From assembly GCA_963706595.1 (NCBI GenBank), contig OY970166.1:4224001-4288000 (forward strand): 64,000 nt of DNA, written 5' to 3'. The notes beneath the pieces are model-generated. The model did not search any database. It was not told where the DNA came from and worked only from the letters and a program-made list of their open reading frames with translations. Each line of letters begins with the position of its first letter. Within the stretch, counting starts at the first letter, position 1. A program made the translations under genes and the position numbers. Of this stretch, positions 1 to 10,511 are shown one piece after another. The stretch comes from an uncultured cyanobacterium (GTDB lineage: Bacteria; Cyanobacteriota; Cyanobacteriia; Cyanobacteriales; Nostocaceae).

Positions 1-1
1 G

Positions 2-427
2 CAGCATTTGGGATTATCTCTGCTAATTTTGCTCATCCCCACGGCTGTAATTTTTGGGGCTTACGGCTTGATGCAGTTAACTAAATTTGGGCGTAAACCT
101 CGACCATTTCTGGAACTTACTTATGGTTATTTACCACTGGTGCTGGGGGGTAACTTAGCTCATTATTTGCGTTTGGGTTTGGGTGAAGCTGGGCGAATTT
201 TACCTGTGACTTTGGCTACTTTTGGTTTAAATGGGGAACAATTACCAATTTTAGTAGCACATCCGGCTGTGATTGACTTTTTGCAAGGTGCTACTTTGAT
301 TTTATCAGTGTTATTGACGATTATTTTAACCCAAAAAATCGCTCGTCAGCCTATAAGATCGCTCTTTTGGCAGCATCTCGCCGCTATTGGTTTGGGAGTT
401 AGTATGTGGGCAATTATTGTTTCTTAA
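2..427 (+). CDS. C-terminal membrane part of a larger protein (resembles cyanobacterial cNMP/sigma54-interaction/4Fe-4S membrane proteins); 5'-truncated by the window
   Basis: Frame open from the window edge; several hydrophobic helices; family call from recall only. Confidence 0.55.
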   Translation, partial: QHLGLSLLILLIPTAVIFGAYGLMQLTKFGRKPRPFLELTYGYLPLVLGGNLAHYLRLGLGEAGRILPVTLATFGLNGEQLPILVAHPAVIDFLQGATLILSVLLTIILTQKIARQPIRSLFWQHLAAIGLGVSMWAIIVS

Positions 428-451
428 ATAAAGCATAAAATAAAACTCCCA

Positions 452-495
452 CTCCTGCGCCCTCTCCTTACTAAGGAGAGGGTTGGGGTGAGGTT
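452..495. repeat. Hairpin-type small dispersed repeat (CCCTCTCCTT-act-AAGGAGAGGG followed by ttggggtgagg)
   Basis: 10-bp perfect stem; related copies elsewhere in the window. Confidence 0.7.
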
Positions 496-643
496 TCAAC
501 AGCTTTCGTTGTTGCTATATTTTTAGGATCGGGACGGGAAAAATTGAGATGTTGTTATAAAAGCTGATATATATTTGTTGGTCAGTGTTAAATCAACAAT
601 TGTCCAATTAAGAGCAATGTCTTTTTTGGACAAAAGTTAAATC

Positions 644-820
644 TTAGAGGATACCCCAGAAGTGAAGGAAACCTTCACCAGAGAACACTTCAATTAAAGC
701 TGCGGCTACAAAGCCGATCATTGCCAAACGACCGTTCCAATGTTCTGTTTGAGTGGTGAATCCCCACTTCCAAGCGTTGCGGCTCTCTGTAGCTGTGGTG
801 GTAGCGGTTGTGCTTTTCAT
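644..820 (-). CDS. hli: High-light-inducible protein (Hlip/SCP), 58 aa; not in the ORF track
   Basis: Manual translation [58 protein letters not shown] contains the [12 protein letters not shown] chlorophyll-binding motif. Confidence 0.95.
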   Translation of the reverse strand: MKSTTATTTATESRNAWKWGFTTQTEHWNGRLAMIGFVAAALIEVFSGEGFLHFWGIL

Positions 821-864
821 GGTTAATACTCTCGGTAGGAGTTAGTACAGGTTTTTGTTTCCCC

Positions 865-901
865 TATTAAGCAATGTAACAGAGATTTTAAAAAATGTAA
901 C
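865..901 (-). promoter_or_regulatory. HLR1-like (RpaB) GTTACATT direct repeats upstream of hli
   Basis: Minus strand GTTACATT-tttTAAAATCTCT-GTTACATT; two perfect half-sites 21 bp apart, partner half-sites imperfect. Confidence 0.4.
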
Positions 902-1040
902 AAACAATTGCAAAAGAATTTTAAATACTTTCCATAGAAATCCTCGCTAATTGGCAAACACAAATATTGGCTCTGATCCCCGACAAAATTGAATTCGCCG
1001 GGGATCATTGAGGTGTCCAGTTATTGAGGATTTTTATAAT

Positions 1041-1952
1041 TTAATCTCTGTCTGTCTCTTCTTGATTACTGACTCTCTCGGCTATCCTCAACTTTGCCGA
1101 ACGCGATCGCGGATTACTCGCCAATTCTTCCTCTTCAGCAGTAATTGGCTTTTTTGTCAATACTTTTACTAAAGGAGAATTACGCAAACCATGCTTCACC
1201 GGGCGGTCTTCCAAACTATGAAAACTGATAATGGCAATGCGTCCCCCAGGAACCAAGGCGTTAGGTGCTTGATCTAAAAAGGTTTCTAAAGACTTTAACT
1301 CATCATTGACCACAATTCGCAAAGCTTGAAAAACCCTTGTAGCTGGATGAATGCGACCATAACGATATTGACGGGGGACAGAATAGGCGATCGCCTCAGC
1401 CAATTCTGTAGTAGTTTCAAATGGTCGTTTTTCGACAATCCGTCTCGCAATCCGCCGTGATAGTCGTTCCTCACCGTATTTAAAGAAAATATCTGCTAAT
1501 TCCTTCTCATCCCACTCATTAATCACATCAGCCGCCGTCAAAGACTGTTGCTGATTCATTCGCATATCCAGATTTGCCGCGTGGCGAAAGCTAAAACCCC
1601 GTTCTGGCTGGTCTAAATGGTAAGAACTTACACCCAAATCAGCCAGGATACCATCGAAAGTGTTAGGACTATATTTATAATCGCAAAAATTGCTGTGAAT
1701 AAACTCTACCCTGTCACCAAACTCAGCTAAATGCTTTTGCGCCGCCTCTAAAGCATCCTCATCTTGGTCAATAGCCGTTAGCCGCACATCGGTTGCAGCT
1801 TCTAAAATCAAGCGACTGTGACCACCACCGCCTACAGTTGCATCAAGATAATGTCCGCCAGGACGTACCGCCAACCCCTCAACGACCTCCTGGCTTAAAA
1901 CTGGCACATGAAGAAATTCAGCGCCTACAATTCCTTGGATCTCAAGCTCCAT
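1041..1952 (-). CDS. rsmH: 16S rRNA m4C1402 methyltransferase RsmH (MraW)
   Basis: [42 protein letters not shown] motifs; ATG at 1952 preferred over the track start. Confidence 0.97.
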   Translation of the reverse strand: MELEIQGIVGAEFLHVPVLSQEVVEGLAVRPGGHYLDATVGGGGHSRLILEAATDVRLTAIDQDEDALEAAQKHLAEFGDRVEFIHSNFCDYKYSPNTFDGILADLGVSSYHLDQPERGFSFRHAANLDMRMNQQQSLTAADVINEWDEKELADIFFKYGEERLSRRIARRIVEKRPFETTTELAEAIAYSVPRQYRYGRIHPATRVFQALRIVVNDELKSLETFLDQAPNALVPGGRIAIISFHSLEDRPVKHGLRNSPLVKVLTKKPITAEEEELASNPRSRSAKLRIAERVSNQEETDRD

Positions 1953-2172
1953 ATAATAGTTGAAGAAGTGAAACAAAATGAAACAGCAAGTAAAATCTCT
2001 TTGCTGCCACTCCTCTCCAACATACTCCTGTATGGGTGATAGATGTAGAAGCTTCTGTGGCGACTGCTCAAAAATATTTCCCTTACCTGATTTTGGCAGA
2101 CACGATTAATCGAGTCTGGTTGGCATTATGCGGCTCAAGTTAAAATTTTCATAACTGGAGAACAAGGAACTT

Positions 2173-3357
2173 ATGGCAAGATTAGAAACCCGCACCGAAC
2201 CTATGGTGCTGAATATGGGGCCACATCACCCCTCAATGCACGGGGTTTTGCGGTTAATTGTCACATTGGATGGCGAAGATGTCGTTGATTGTGAACCGGT
2301 AATTGGCTATTTGCACCGGGGAATGGAAAAAATTGCCGAAAACCGGACTACTGTCATGTACGTCCCCTACGTGAGTCGGTGGGACTACGCCGCCGGGATG
2401 TTTAACGAAGCAGTCACCGTTAACGCCCCGGAACAATTAGCAGGTGTAACCGTTCCCAAACGCGCCAGCTACATTCGCGTGATTATGCTGGAATTGAACC
2501 GAATTGCTAACCACTTACTCTGGTTTGGTCCCTTTCTCGCTGACGTAGGCGCGCAAACTCCCTTCTTCTACCAATTTAGAGAACGGGAAATGATTTATGA
2601 TTTGTGGGAAGCTGCCACAGGCTACCGGATGGTAAACCATAATTATTTCCGTGTGGGTGGCGTAGCAGTTGATTTACCCTATGGTTGGGTAGATAAATGT
2701 TTAGATTTCTGCGACTACTTATTACCCAAAGTTGACGAGTACGAACGTCTGGTAACAGATAACCCCATCTTCCGCCGTCGTGTTGAAGGTATTGGCACGA
2801 TTTCCCGTGAACAAGCAATTAACTGGGGATTATCTGGTCCCATGTTACGCGCCTCTGGGGTGAAATGGGATTTGCGGAAAGTTGACCATTACGAATGTTA
2901 CGACGATTTCGATTGGGACGTACAGTGGGAAACCGCCGGTGATTGCTTCGCCCGTTACGTAGTGCGGATGCGGGAAATGCGCGAATCTGTGAAAATTATT
3001 CGCCAAGCAATTAAAGGACTACCAGGAGGTCCCTACGAAAACCTCGAAGCCAAGCGGATGGCGGCGGGGAAAAAATCCGAATGGGATGCCTTTGACTACC
3101 AATACATCGCGAAAAAAGTTTCACCTACCTTTAAAATGCCCAAAGGTGAAATCTATTCCCGTGTGGAAAGCGGTAAAGGTGAACTAGGAATTTATCTAGT
3201 TGGCGATGACAACGGTTTCCCTTGGCGTTGGAAAATTCGCCCGGCTGATTTCAACAATCTGCAAATTGTCCCCGAATTACTAAAAGGGATGAAGGTTGCA
3301 GATATTGTCGTGATTCTCGGCAGTGTTGACGTAATTATGGGATCTGTAGATAGATAA
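2173..3357 (+). CDS. ndhH: NAD(P)H-quinone oxidoreductase subunit H
   Basis: [15 protein letters not shown] start and GSVDR end; 394 aa. Confidence 0.98.
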   Translation: MARLETRTEPMVLNMGPHHPSMHGVLRLIVTLDGEDVVDCEPVIGYLHRGMEKIAENRTTVMYVPYVSRWDYAAGMFNEAVTVNAPEQLAGVTVPKRASYIRVIMLELNRIANHLLWFGPFLADVGAQTPFFYQFREREMIYDLWEAATGYRMVNHNYFRVGGVAVDLPYGWVDKCLDFCDYLLPKVDEYERLVTDNPIFRRRVEGIGTISREQAINWGLSGPMLRASGVKWDLRKVDHYECYDDFDWDVQWETAGDCFARYVVRMREMRESVKIIRQAIKGLPGGPYENLEAKRMAAGKKSEWDAFDYQYIAKKVSPTFKMPKGEIYSRVESGKGELGIYLVGDDNGFPWRWKIRPADFNNLQIVPELLKGMKVADIVVILGSVDVIMGSVDR

Positions 3358-3361
3358 GAGA

Positions 3362-3391
3362 GGGAGTAGGGAGTGGGGAGTGGGGAGTGGA
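3362..3391. repeat. STRR heptamer array (GGGGAGT)n
   Basis: About 4 units directly after ndhH. Confidence 0.85.
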
Positions 3392-3507
3392 GACTGTATC
3401 AAATACTTCTCTGTTTCTCACTCATCTCCCTCCTCAGATACTGACAAAAAAAAGAAACACCCAATAATCTAACAAAATAAACCTCTGATTTCTCGATTTT
3501 ATGGAAA

Positions 3508-3613
3508 AACGAACCGCCTTCTCTTACGAGACGCTACGCGTTAAGCGTAGCTATGCCGTAGGCTTTACGCGCAGCGTATGCCCCCAGGGCTTTAGACGCA
3601 AAGAACGCCAAGG
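3508..3613. repeat. Composite of nested small dispersed repeats
   Basis: AACGAACCGCC...GACGCAAAGAACGCCAAG element (intact relatives at 38677 and 45684) interrupted by about 75 bp of short GC-rich hairpin units. Confidence 0.6.
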
Positions 3614-3814
3614 TAAGAGGGTTTAATAGGTTTTTTACATCAGTTTTCTATGTTTTTACCAAGTTGGGATGCTCCCCAACCTAACCTACGAATATGTTAT
3701 TTATTCAGAGTAATAAAAGAGCCGTAATTTCTTAAGAATCCCCAATACTCCAGTAAAAGACACTCAAACTATTAATATGAAAAACGTTAGCCTATTCAAA
3801 CCCAGTAACTAACC

Positions 3815-5377
3815 GTGCCATCCATGCCTCTGTCGCGCATAGTCACGCTAATTGTTGGTTTAATTGTCATTTTGGCATTAAGCCTGTGGCTGATTGACTC
3901 TCTCTCTCGGCTTTACTGGCAGTTGTCTTATTCTCCACTGCTGGGCAATTTGCTGTTGCTGTTGCTGGTTTTATTAATTGGGGGCTTGGTTGCAGCTTTT
4001 GTTTATTATTTATTCATCCTGCAATCAGGGGAAAAAAAATCGCGCCGCCAACGCCGAAGAGTTACAGCCGCAGAAATTCCCGCCGCTAAATCTGATGCAG
4101 CTTCCACAACTCTGCAAGCTGTGAAGCAACAGGTAGCCCAAATTCAAGATGAAGTCGCCCGACAAGCTTTATTAAGTAAATCACGGGAAATTGAAGTCAA
4201 TCTGGCACGGGGTGAAATTCAAGTGGTTGTATTTGGCACAGGAAGCGCTGGTAAAACTTCCCTCGTTAATGCCATTATGGGGCGCATGGTGGGTCAAGTG
4301 AATGCGCCAATGGGAACTACCCAAGTGGGGGAAACCTATTGTTTGCGGTTGAAGGGTTTAGAACGGAAGATTTTAATTACAGATACGCCAGGGATTTTAG
4401 AAGCCGGGGTGGCGGGAACCGAACGGGAACAATTAGCGAGAGAATTGGCAACTTCCGCCGATTTACTGCTGTTTGTGGTGGATAATGACTTGCGCCGTTC
4501 TGAATATGAACCACTACGCAGTTTAGCCGAAATTGGCAAGCGATCGCTCCTCGTTCTCAACAAAACAGATTTATATACAGATGAGGATACAGAATCAATT
4601 CTCGCCCGGTTGCGTCAACGAGTCAAGGGATTTATTGCGCCGAATGATGTGGTGGCGATCGCCGGGAATCCCCAACCTGCACAGCTAGAAACTGGCGAAA
4701 TCTTCCATCCAGAACCAGATATAATTCCCCTTTTGCGGCGCATGGCTGCCATTTTACGGGCTGAAGGTGAAGATTTGGTCGCAGATAACATTCTCCTGCA
4801 ATCGCTACGGTTAGGAGAAGAAGCCCGAAATCTGATTGATATTCAGCGTCGTCGTCAAGCTGACAAAATAGTTGATCGCTTTCAATGGATTGGTGCTGGT
4901 GTGGTATCGGTTACGCCTCTCCCAGTTGTGGATTTATTAGCAACCGCCGCCGTTAATGCTCAAATGGTAGTAGAAATTGGGAGAATATACGGTTGTGAAT
5001 TGAACATGGAACGTGGGAAAGAATTAGCTCTTTCTTTAGGCAAAACCATCGCTAGTTTAGGTATAGTTAAAGGCGCAATTCAACTAATATCTACTGCTTT
5101 GCAATTTCACGTAGCTACCTTTGTCATTGGTAGGGCAATTCAAGGTGTGACAGTAGCTTATTTAACGCGTATTGCTGGTAAAAGTTTTATTGAATACTTT
5201 CGCCATGACCAAGATTGGGGTGATGGTGGTATGACCGAGGTAGTAAAAGAACAGTTTAAACTCAATCGTCGGGATGAATTTATTAAGACTTTTGTCCAAG
5301 AGGCGATCGCCCGCGTGGTAAAACCTTTAACAAATAACTCTGAAGTGATTGAACAGGAAGAAGAAGCCAAAAATTAA
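3815..5377 (+). CDS. Membrane-anchored GTPase with DUF697 (YcjF-like) domain
   Basis: Two N-terminal TM helices; G1 GTGSAGKTS, G3 DTPG, G4 NKTD; PLPVVDLL C-terminal domain. Confidence 0.85.
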   Translation: MPSMPLSRIVTLIVGLIVILALSLWLIDSLSRLYWQLSYSPLLGNLLLLLLVLLIGGLVAAFVYYLFILQSGEKKSRRQRRRVTAAEIPAAKSDAASTTLQAVKQQVAQIQDEVARQALLSKSREIEVNLARGEIQVVVFGTGSAGKTSLVNAIMGRMVGQVNAPMGTTQVGETYCLRLKGLERKILITDTPGILEAGVAGTEREQLARELATSADLLLFVVDNDLRRSEYEPLRSLAEIGKRSLLVLNKTDLYTDEDTESILARLRQRVKGFIAPNDVVAIAGNPQPAQLETGEIFHPEPDIIPLLRRMAAILRAEGEDLVADNILLQSLRLGEEARNLIDIQRRRQADKIVDRFQWIGAGVVSVTPLPVVDLLATAAVNAQMVVEIGRIYGCELNMERGKELALSLGKTIASLGIVKGAIQLISTALQFHVATFVIGRAIQGVTVAYLTRIAGKSFIEYFRHDQDWGDGGMTEVVKEQFKLNRRDEFIKTFVQEAIARVVKPLTNNSEVIEQEEEAKN

Positions 5378-5523
5378 CATAAAAATTGGATTTTTTAGCT
5401 CAATTCCTGTCAATAACTAACTTGCTTTTTAGAAAGTGACGCTGCAATAATATATTTTCCAGGCTTCCGGAAAAACTGGTGAAATCAGGAAACCTATATA
5501 AGGACTTATTCAGTAACTAGCTC

Positions 5524-7281
5524 ATGAACCATCACATGATCGGTCGAGTAATACAAGCACGTTACAAAATTCTTCAGAGCTTAGGTGCAGGGGTATTTGG
5601 ACATACATACATTGCTGTAGATATGGATAACCCAGAAAACTCTAAATGTGTGATTAAAAACCTCATATCTAACAGTTTCCCCCCCAGCTACTTAGACACC
5701 TTAAAGTTATGCTTTCTCACAGAAACAGCAACTCTCCACAGTCTGGGAAGCCATTCCCAAATTCCCCAATTAATCACCTGCTTTCAAGAAAATGAGCAAT
5801 CCTATCTAGTACAAGAGTTTATAGAAGGACACTCATTGAGTGAAGAATTACCCATCAACCAATATTGGCGATGTGTTTGGAGTGAGATAGAAGTTGTGGA
5901 ATTGTTAGAAGATGTCTTGGGGATTTTAGAATTTGTTCACTCCCAAGGCGTTATCCATGGCGATATTAAACCAGAAAACTTAATTAGACGTAGTGTTGAT
6001 AACAAGTTAGTTTTAATTGACTTCGGTTCCATTCAGTCAGTTAGTTTGGGCTTAGATGGGGAATTGCCTATTTATGAAATTCCTGTCACCTCCCTGGGAT
6101 ACATACCGCCAGAGCAATTTATTGGTCAAACACAGCCTAACAGTGATATTTATGCTTTGGGTATGATTGCCATTCAAGCTTTAACAGGGCGAGAACCACT
6201 GCAATTAAAAGTAAATCCTCAAACTAAAGAGATGATCTGGCGGACTCCAGATATATTAGTTAATGATTATTTAGCTGCTATTCTTAGTCAAATGATTTGC
6301 TATGATTACCAAGACCGCTTTCAGTCTGCGGGTGAGGTACTGCATATACTCAAACAAATAGTGGGGGAAAGTGGAATTCAGCCCGTTGCTGAAATACAAC
6401 AGGATGTAGATCAACAGACAACAGTAGAAAGTGACGATACACATCAAGGATTTAAAGGTAAATTATCTTCACTACTGACAGGAATGAAAGTCGGCTTTGC
6501 GGCTAATTCTTTATTGATGGGATTGGGAGTATATTCGATCATGAATAATTCTCCAGGATATTCAGAAACAGAAACTTTATATAAAGCCACAGAAGAATAT
6601 CAAACTGGAGATTTACAAAAAGCCCTGGCTTTAGTTAAATCAATTCCTGCTTACAGTAATGTTTATCCAGAGGCTCAAGCAACAATTGAAGAATGGCAGC
6701 AGCAATGGCAATTTGCCGCCAAACAATATCAAATAGCTGAACAAGCTTTAAATGATGGTCGATGGTCGGATGTATTAGATGTTGCTCCAAAAGTACCAGA
6801 TATTTTATATTGGCAATCGAAAGTAGATAAACTGGTGCAAAAAAGCAAACTCAACATTGAAATACAAACATACAAGTTGTTAGCACAAGCTTACGAAAAA
6901 GCTGCAAATAGAGAATTTTCAAATGCTATAGAATATCTGCGTCAAATTCCTCCAGAAAGTTCTGCTGGTGCCTTAGTTCAAGAAAAATTGGCTGAATACA
7001 ATAAAAAGCGGCAAATTAGAGCAGCTTATTTTTTACATAATGCTAATATCAAAGCATCTATTGGTGACTTTAATGGGGCTGTCAAAATTCTTCGCAAAGT
7101 GCCTAAAAATACTCCTGTTTACGCTCAAGCTCAGATTAAACTAAATGAATATACTCAAGAACAGCAACTACAAATTAAAAATAGAAATTTGGCGTTAAAT
7201 TCCTTTGATGCTCAAAAATTAACGCATAAAAATGAAAATTTTCATTCAGAAAATCATCTGCAAGAGGTGAATATTCGTTAG
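5524..7281 (+). CDS. Ser/Thr protein kinase with TM helix and helical C-terminal domain
   Basis: LGAGVFG, HGDIKPEN, DFG, GYIPPE, SDIYALG. Confidence 0.9.
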   Translation: MNHHMIGRVIQARYKILQSLGAGVFGHTYIAVDMDNPENSKCVIKNLISNSFPPSYLDTLKLCFLTETATLHSLGSHSQIPQLITCFQENEQSYLVQEFIEGHSLSEELPINQYWRCVWSEIEVVELLEDVLGILEFVHSQGVIHGDIKPENLIRRSVDNKLVLIDFGSIQSVSLGLDGELPIYEIPVTSLGYIPPEQFIGQTQPNSDIYALGMIAIQALTGREPLQLKVNPQTKEMIWRTPDILVNDYLAAILSQMICYDYQDRFQSAGEVLHILKQIVGESGIQPVAEIQQDVDQQTTVESDDTHQGFKGKLSSLLTGMKVGFAANSLLMGLGVYSIMNNSPGYSETETLYKATEEYQTGDLQKALALVKSIPAYSNVYPEAQATIEEWQQQWQFAAKQYQIAEQALNDGRWSDVLDVAPKVPDILYWQSKVDKLVQKSKLNIEIQTYKLLAQAYEKAANREFSNAIEYLRQIPPESSAGALVQEKLAEYNKKRQIRAAYFLHNANIKASIGDFNGAVKILRKVPKNTPVYAQAQIKLNEYTQEQQLQIKNRNLALNSFDAQKLTHKNENFHSENHLQEVNIR

Positions 7282-7373
7282 TGGGGAGTGGGGAGTGGGG
7301 AGTGGGGAGTGGGGAAAAGAGGAACGGGTGCAGGGGGCAGGGGAGAAGAAGAACGGTTGTTAAGTAACCGGAA
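7281..7373. repeat. STRR array plus dispersed repeat; inverted homologous copy at 59620-59710
   Basis: (GGGGAGT)n...GGTTGTTAAGTAACCGGAA matches the reverse complement of 59620-59710. Confidence 0.8.
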
Positions 7374-7386
7374 TTTTATCTGGGGA

Positions 7387-9510
7387 TTAGTTTTCAGAAT
7401 TGCGAATAGTTGGGACAATTATAGAGTCTGGTTTTTTAACGGATAATTCGCTTTGGGCTTGGTTACGGGCGTTAATTGCTTCTCGATAATTTGGCTGGTA
7501 CTTTATGGCTTGGTCATAAGATTTGATTGCTTCTGGATATCGTTGCAAATTCAATAAAGCATTGCCTCTGCTGTACCAACTTTCCGCATGATTGGTTTTA
7601 TAACGAACGGCTTTGTCGTAAGATGCGATCGCCTGCTGATATTTCTGTAAAATATATTGAGAATTACCTAAATTATACCAAATTTGATAATCATTTGCTT
7701 TAATCGCGGCGGCTTTAGTATAAGACTCTATCGCTTCTTCATAGCGTTGGCTTTGATGCAATGCCCAACCCCGACTATACCATGATTGATAATCATTGGG
7801 TTTATATTTAATTGCTTGATTATAAGATTCAATTGCTTGGGGATAGCGTTGTAAAGTAATTAAAATATTACTGCGAGAAAACCAAGCTGGGTAAAAATTT
7901 GGTCTGTATTGTACTGCTTTATCATAAGCTGCCAAAGCATGATCAAATCGATTTAAATTATAGAAAGCATTGCCGAGACTATACCAAGCTTGCCCATAGT
8001 CTGGCTTAAATTCAATCGCTGTTTCGTAAGCGGTAATGGCATCATCATATTGCTTTAATTTATGAAATGCTAACCCCTTACTATACCAAGCTTGATAATA
8101 ATTAGGTTGAAATTCTAGAGCTTTGTCATAAGCTTGAATGGCATTATTATATTGCTGCAAAATACTGAAAACTTCTCCTTTAGCATTCCAGACATCTGGA
8201 GAATTATCATCTAATTGTAACGCTTTATCAAAAGCAGCGATCGCTTCGGGATAGCGTTGTAAATTTCGCAGGACAAAACCTCGACCACTCCATGCTTCTA
8301 CATAGTCTGGCTGAATTTGAATGGCTTGGTCATAAGCGGTCAACGCCTCCTCATATTTTTTTAATTCCGACAGAGTTTTACCTTGTCCACTCCATCCCGG
8401 AACATAATCTGGACTAATATTTACTGCCTCTTGATAAGCGGCTAGGGCATCTTGATAGCGCTGTAATTCAAACAGTGTACTTCCTTGTTGCGATAGTGCG
8501 ATCGCATTATTAGCATTAATACTATTAACAACAAATACAGATCCTATACCACTAACTCCAATTAAAAATATTGCTGATGAAAGCTTAATAAATATATCTT
8601 TTTTGTATTTATTAAATTTAAAACTTTTCCGTAGTGGGTCGGGTTGGAGTGGCAAGGCAGGACTCACAACTATAGTCCCAGATGATGGTGGCATTAATTC
8701 TTGCAACTTTTGCAATGCCACAGTTGCCGAAGCGTAACGTTGTCGGAAATCATAACGCACCATTGTATCGATAAATTCCGCCAATTCTGGGGACACACTC
8801 GCCTGATTTTGCCAGATAATTTCATTAGAATCAATATCAATTTCTAGCTGGTTGGGTGATAATCCTGTCAGGGCTTGAATGGCAATTATTCCCACAGCAT
8901 AGATATCACTGCTAAACTTTGGTGTACCCTGGGCTTGTTCTCCGGGTAAATATCCCGGAGTTCCAATAGCAACAGTGGATTTAGTTTGTCCTCCAGGGCT
9001 AATTATCTGAGTAACGATTTGCTTAACTGCCCCAAAGTCAATTAAAACTAACTTGCCATCTTCCTCGCGTCTGAGTAAATTTCGCGGGTTAACATCGCGG
9101 TGAATTACCTTCTCTTGGTGAACAAATTCTAAAATTGACAAAATTTCTTGAACAAGAGAAATCACCTCTTCTGGACTGAAGATTTTTCCTGCTGCTAACT
9201 CCGTACTGAGGTCATGACCGGCGATGAATTCCTGTACCAAATAGAATTCCGCATTTTCTTCAAAGTACGCCAACAATTGGGGGATCTGGTCATGAATCCC
9301 TAATTTATACAGAACTTGCGCTTCTGTATCGAATAAACGTCTAGCTGTCTCCAAGTTTAAGGGGTCAGTGGCTTGGGGTTTGAGTTTCTTGACAACACAC
9401 TGAGGTAATCCCGGCAAGTGAGTATCACAAGCCACAAAAGTTTCACCAAATCCCCCATCTCCCAAGTGGCTAATAATTTGGTATCTTCCAACAAGTGTGT
9501 TTCCCAGCAT
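7387..9510 (-). CDS. Ser/Thr protein kinase with TM helix and about 10 TPR repeats
   Basis: LGDGGFG, HRDVNPRN, DFG, GTPGY; repeated AWxxxG...YDKA TPR units. Confidence 0.93.
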   Translation of the reverse strand: MLGNTLVGRYQIISHLGDGGFGETFVACDTHLPGLPQCVVKKLKPQATDPLNLETARRLFDTEAQVLYKLGIHDQIPQLLAYFEENAEFYLVQEFIAGHDLSTELAAGKIFSPEEVISLVQEILSILEFVHQEKVIHRDVNPRNLLRREEDGKLVLIDFGAVKQIVTQIISPGGQTKSTVAIGTPGYLPGEQAQGTPKFSSDIYAVGIIAIQALTGLSPNQLEIDIDSNEIIWQNQASVSPELAEFIDTMVRYDFRQRYASATVALQKLQELMPPSSGTIVVSPALPLQPDPLRKSFKFNKYKKDIFIKLSSAIFLIGVSGIGSVFVVNSINANNAIALSQQGSTLFELQRYQDALAAYQEAVNISPDYVPGWSGQGKTLSELKKYEEALTAYDQAIQIQPDYVEAWSGRGFVLRNLQRYPEAIAAFDKALQLDDNSPDVWNAKGEVFSILQQYNNAIQAYDKALEFQPNYYQAWYSKGLAFHKLKQYDDAITAYETAIEFKPDYGQAWYSLGNAFYNLNRFDHALAAYDKAVQYRPNFYPAWFSRSNILITLQRYPQAIESYNQAIKYKPNDYQSWYSRGWALHQSQRYEEAIESYTKAAAIKANDYQIWYNLGNSQYILQKYQQAIASYDKAVRYKTNHAESWYSRGNALLNLQRYPEAIKSYDQAIKYQPNYREAINARNQAQSELSVKKPDSIIVPTIRNSEN

Positions 9511-9663
9511 CTCGTTTGCCTACTTGAGTGCATTGTTACCTGATTCCAATCTTGCCACAAATTAATTGAAATAGGGGATGGGGCGAAGAGGCAGGGGCGC
9601 AGGGCGCAGGGCGCAGAGGGGGGCGGGATGAAGAAGAAAATTTATGGAAAATTCAAAATCTAT

Positions 9664-10380
9664 ATGATTCCTATTACTGATAATATTCGCCTGCGTCATC
9701 AACCAATTATTATTTATTGGCTGATAGGGATTAATATGGCTATATTCTTATGGCAACTTAAACTCGAAGTAAATGGGGAATTAGGATATTTCATTAATAG
9801 TTGGGGTTTGATTCCCGCCCAGATTACGAGTGCAATTGTCAATGCCATCTACTTTAATCCAGCCGCTTGGGTAGTGGTTTTTTGGCGTTCATCTGCCCTA
9901 TTTTTGGGCATATTTCTCCACGGTAGTTTTAGTCAAATTTTAGGCAATTCGTTATTTTTATGGGTGTTTGGTAAAACTGTCGAAAACGTGATTGGACATG
10001 GACGTTTTCTGGGATTGTATTTGGGTGCGGGGATGCTGACAGGAATAGCCCAGATTATTTTAGAACCGAGTTTGACCATACCATTAATTGGAGCTAATGG
10101 TGCGATCGCGGCGATTTTAGGCGCTTATGTATGCAGGTTTCCTAAAGTTAAAATCGACACAATTCTCCCCCTGCTAATTGTCTACATTCCCCTTGAGATT
10201 CCCGCCTATTTATATCTATTTTGGTGGTTTATCCAACAATTATTTTACGGCATTGGCAGCTTAAACATTCCTCCCTCTGGTGTCAATTCAGGGAGTTTAG
10301 CATACTGGGCGCAATTGCTGGCATTATTGATTGGTGCGGTATTTATGCGATTTCAACAACCATCCCAGAATAAAAGTTAG
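9664..10380 (+). CDS. Rhomboid-family intramembrane protein (possibly inactive)
   Basis: MIPITD start, FLHGS, LGNSLFLWVFG; GANGAI in place of GASG and YWAQ in place of YWAH. Confidence 0.85.
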   Translation: MIPITDNIRLRHQPIIIYWLIGINMAIFLWQLKLEVNGELGYFINSWGLIPAQITSAIVNAIYFNPAAWVVVFWRSSALFLGIFLHGSFSQILGNSLFLWVFGKTVENVIGHGRFLGLYLGAGMLTGIAQIILEPSLTIPLIGANGAIAAILGAYVCRFPKVKIDTILPLLIVYIPLEIPAYLYLFWWFIQQLFYGIGSLNIPPSGVNSGSLAYWAQLLALLIGAVFMRFQQPSQNKS

Positions 10381-10389
10381 TAACCTTGA

Positions 10390-10434
10390 CGATATAGATC
10401 CCCGACTTCTTTGAGAAGTCGGGGATCTGGATAT
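10390..10434. repeat. 45-bp palindromic element between convergent genes (likely terminator); second copy at 25328-25372
   Basis: AGATCCCCGACTTCT-ttg-AGAAGTCGGGGATCT, 15-bp perfect stem. Confidence 0.8.
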
Positions 10435-10458
10435 TACGTTGTTTAAGTTTGAGCTACT

Positions 10459-10511
10459 TAACTGATAACTGATAACTGATAACTGTTAACTGTTAACTGT
10501 TAACTGTTAAC
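10459..10511. repeat. STRR heptamer array (TAACTGA/TAACTGT)n overlapping the TetR stop codon
   Basis: About 7 tandem units. Confidence 0.85.

Noticed and set aside
5466..5471. DIF1 motif TCCGGA upstream of the kinase
   Set aside because: No convincing -10 element at the expected spacing; a 6-mer is expected by chance.
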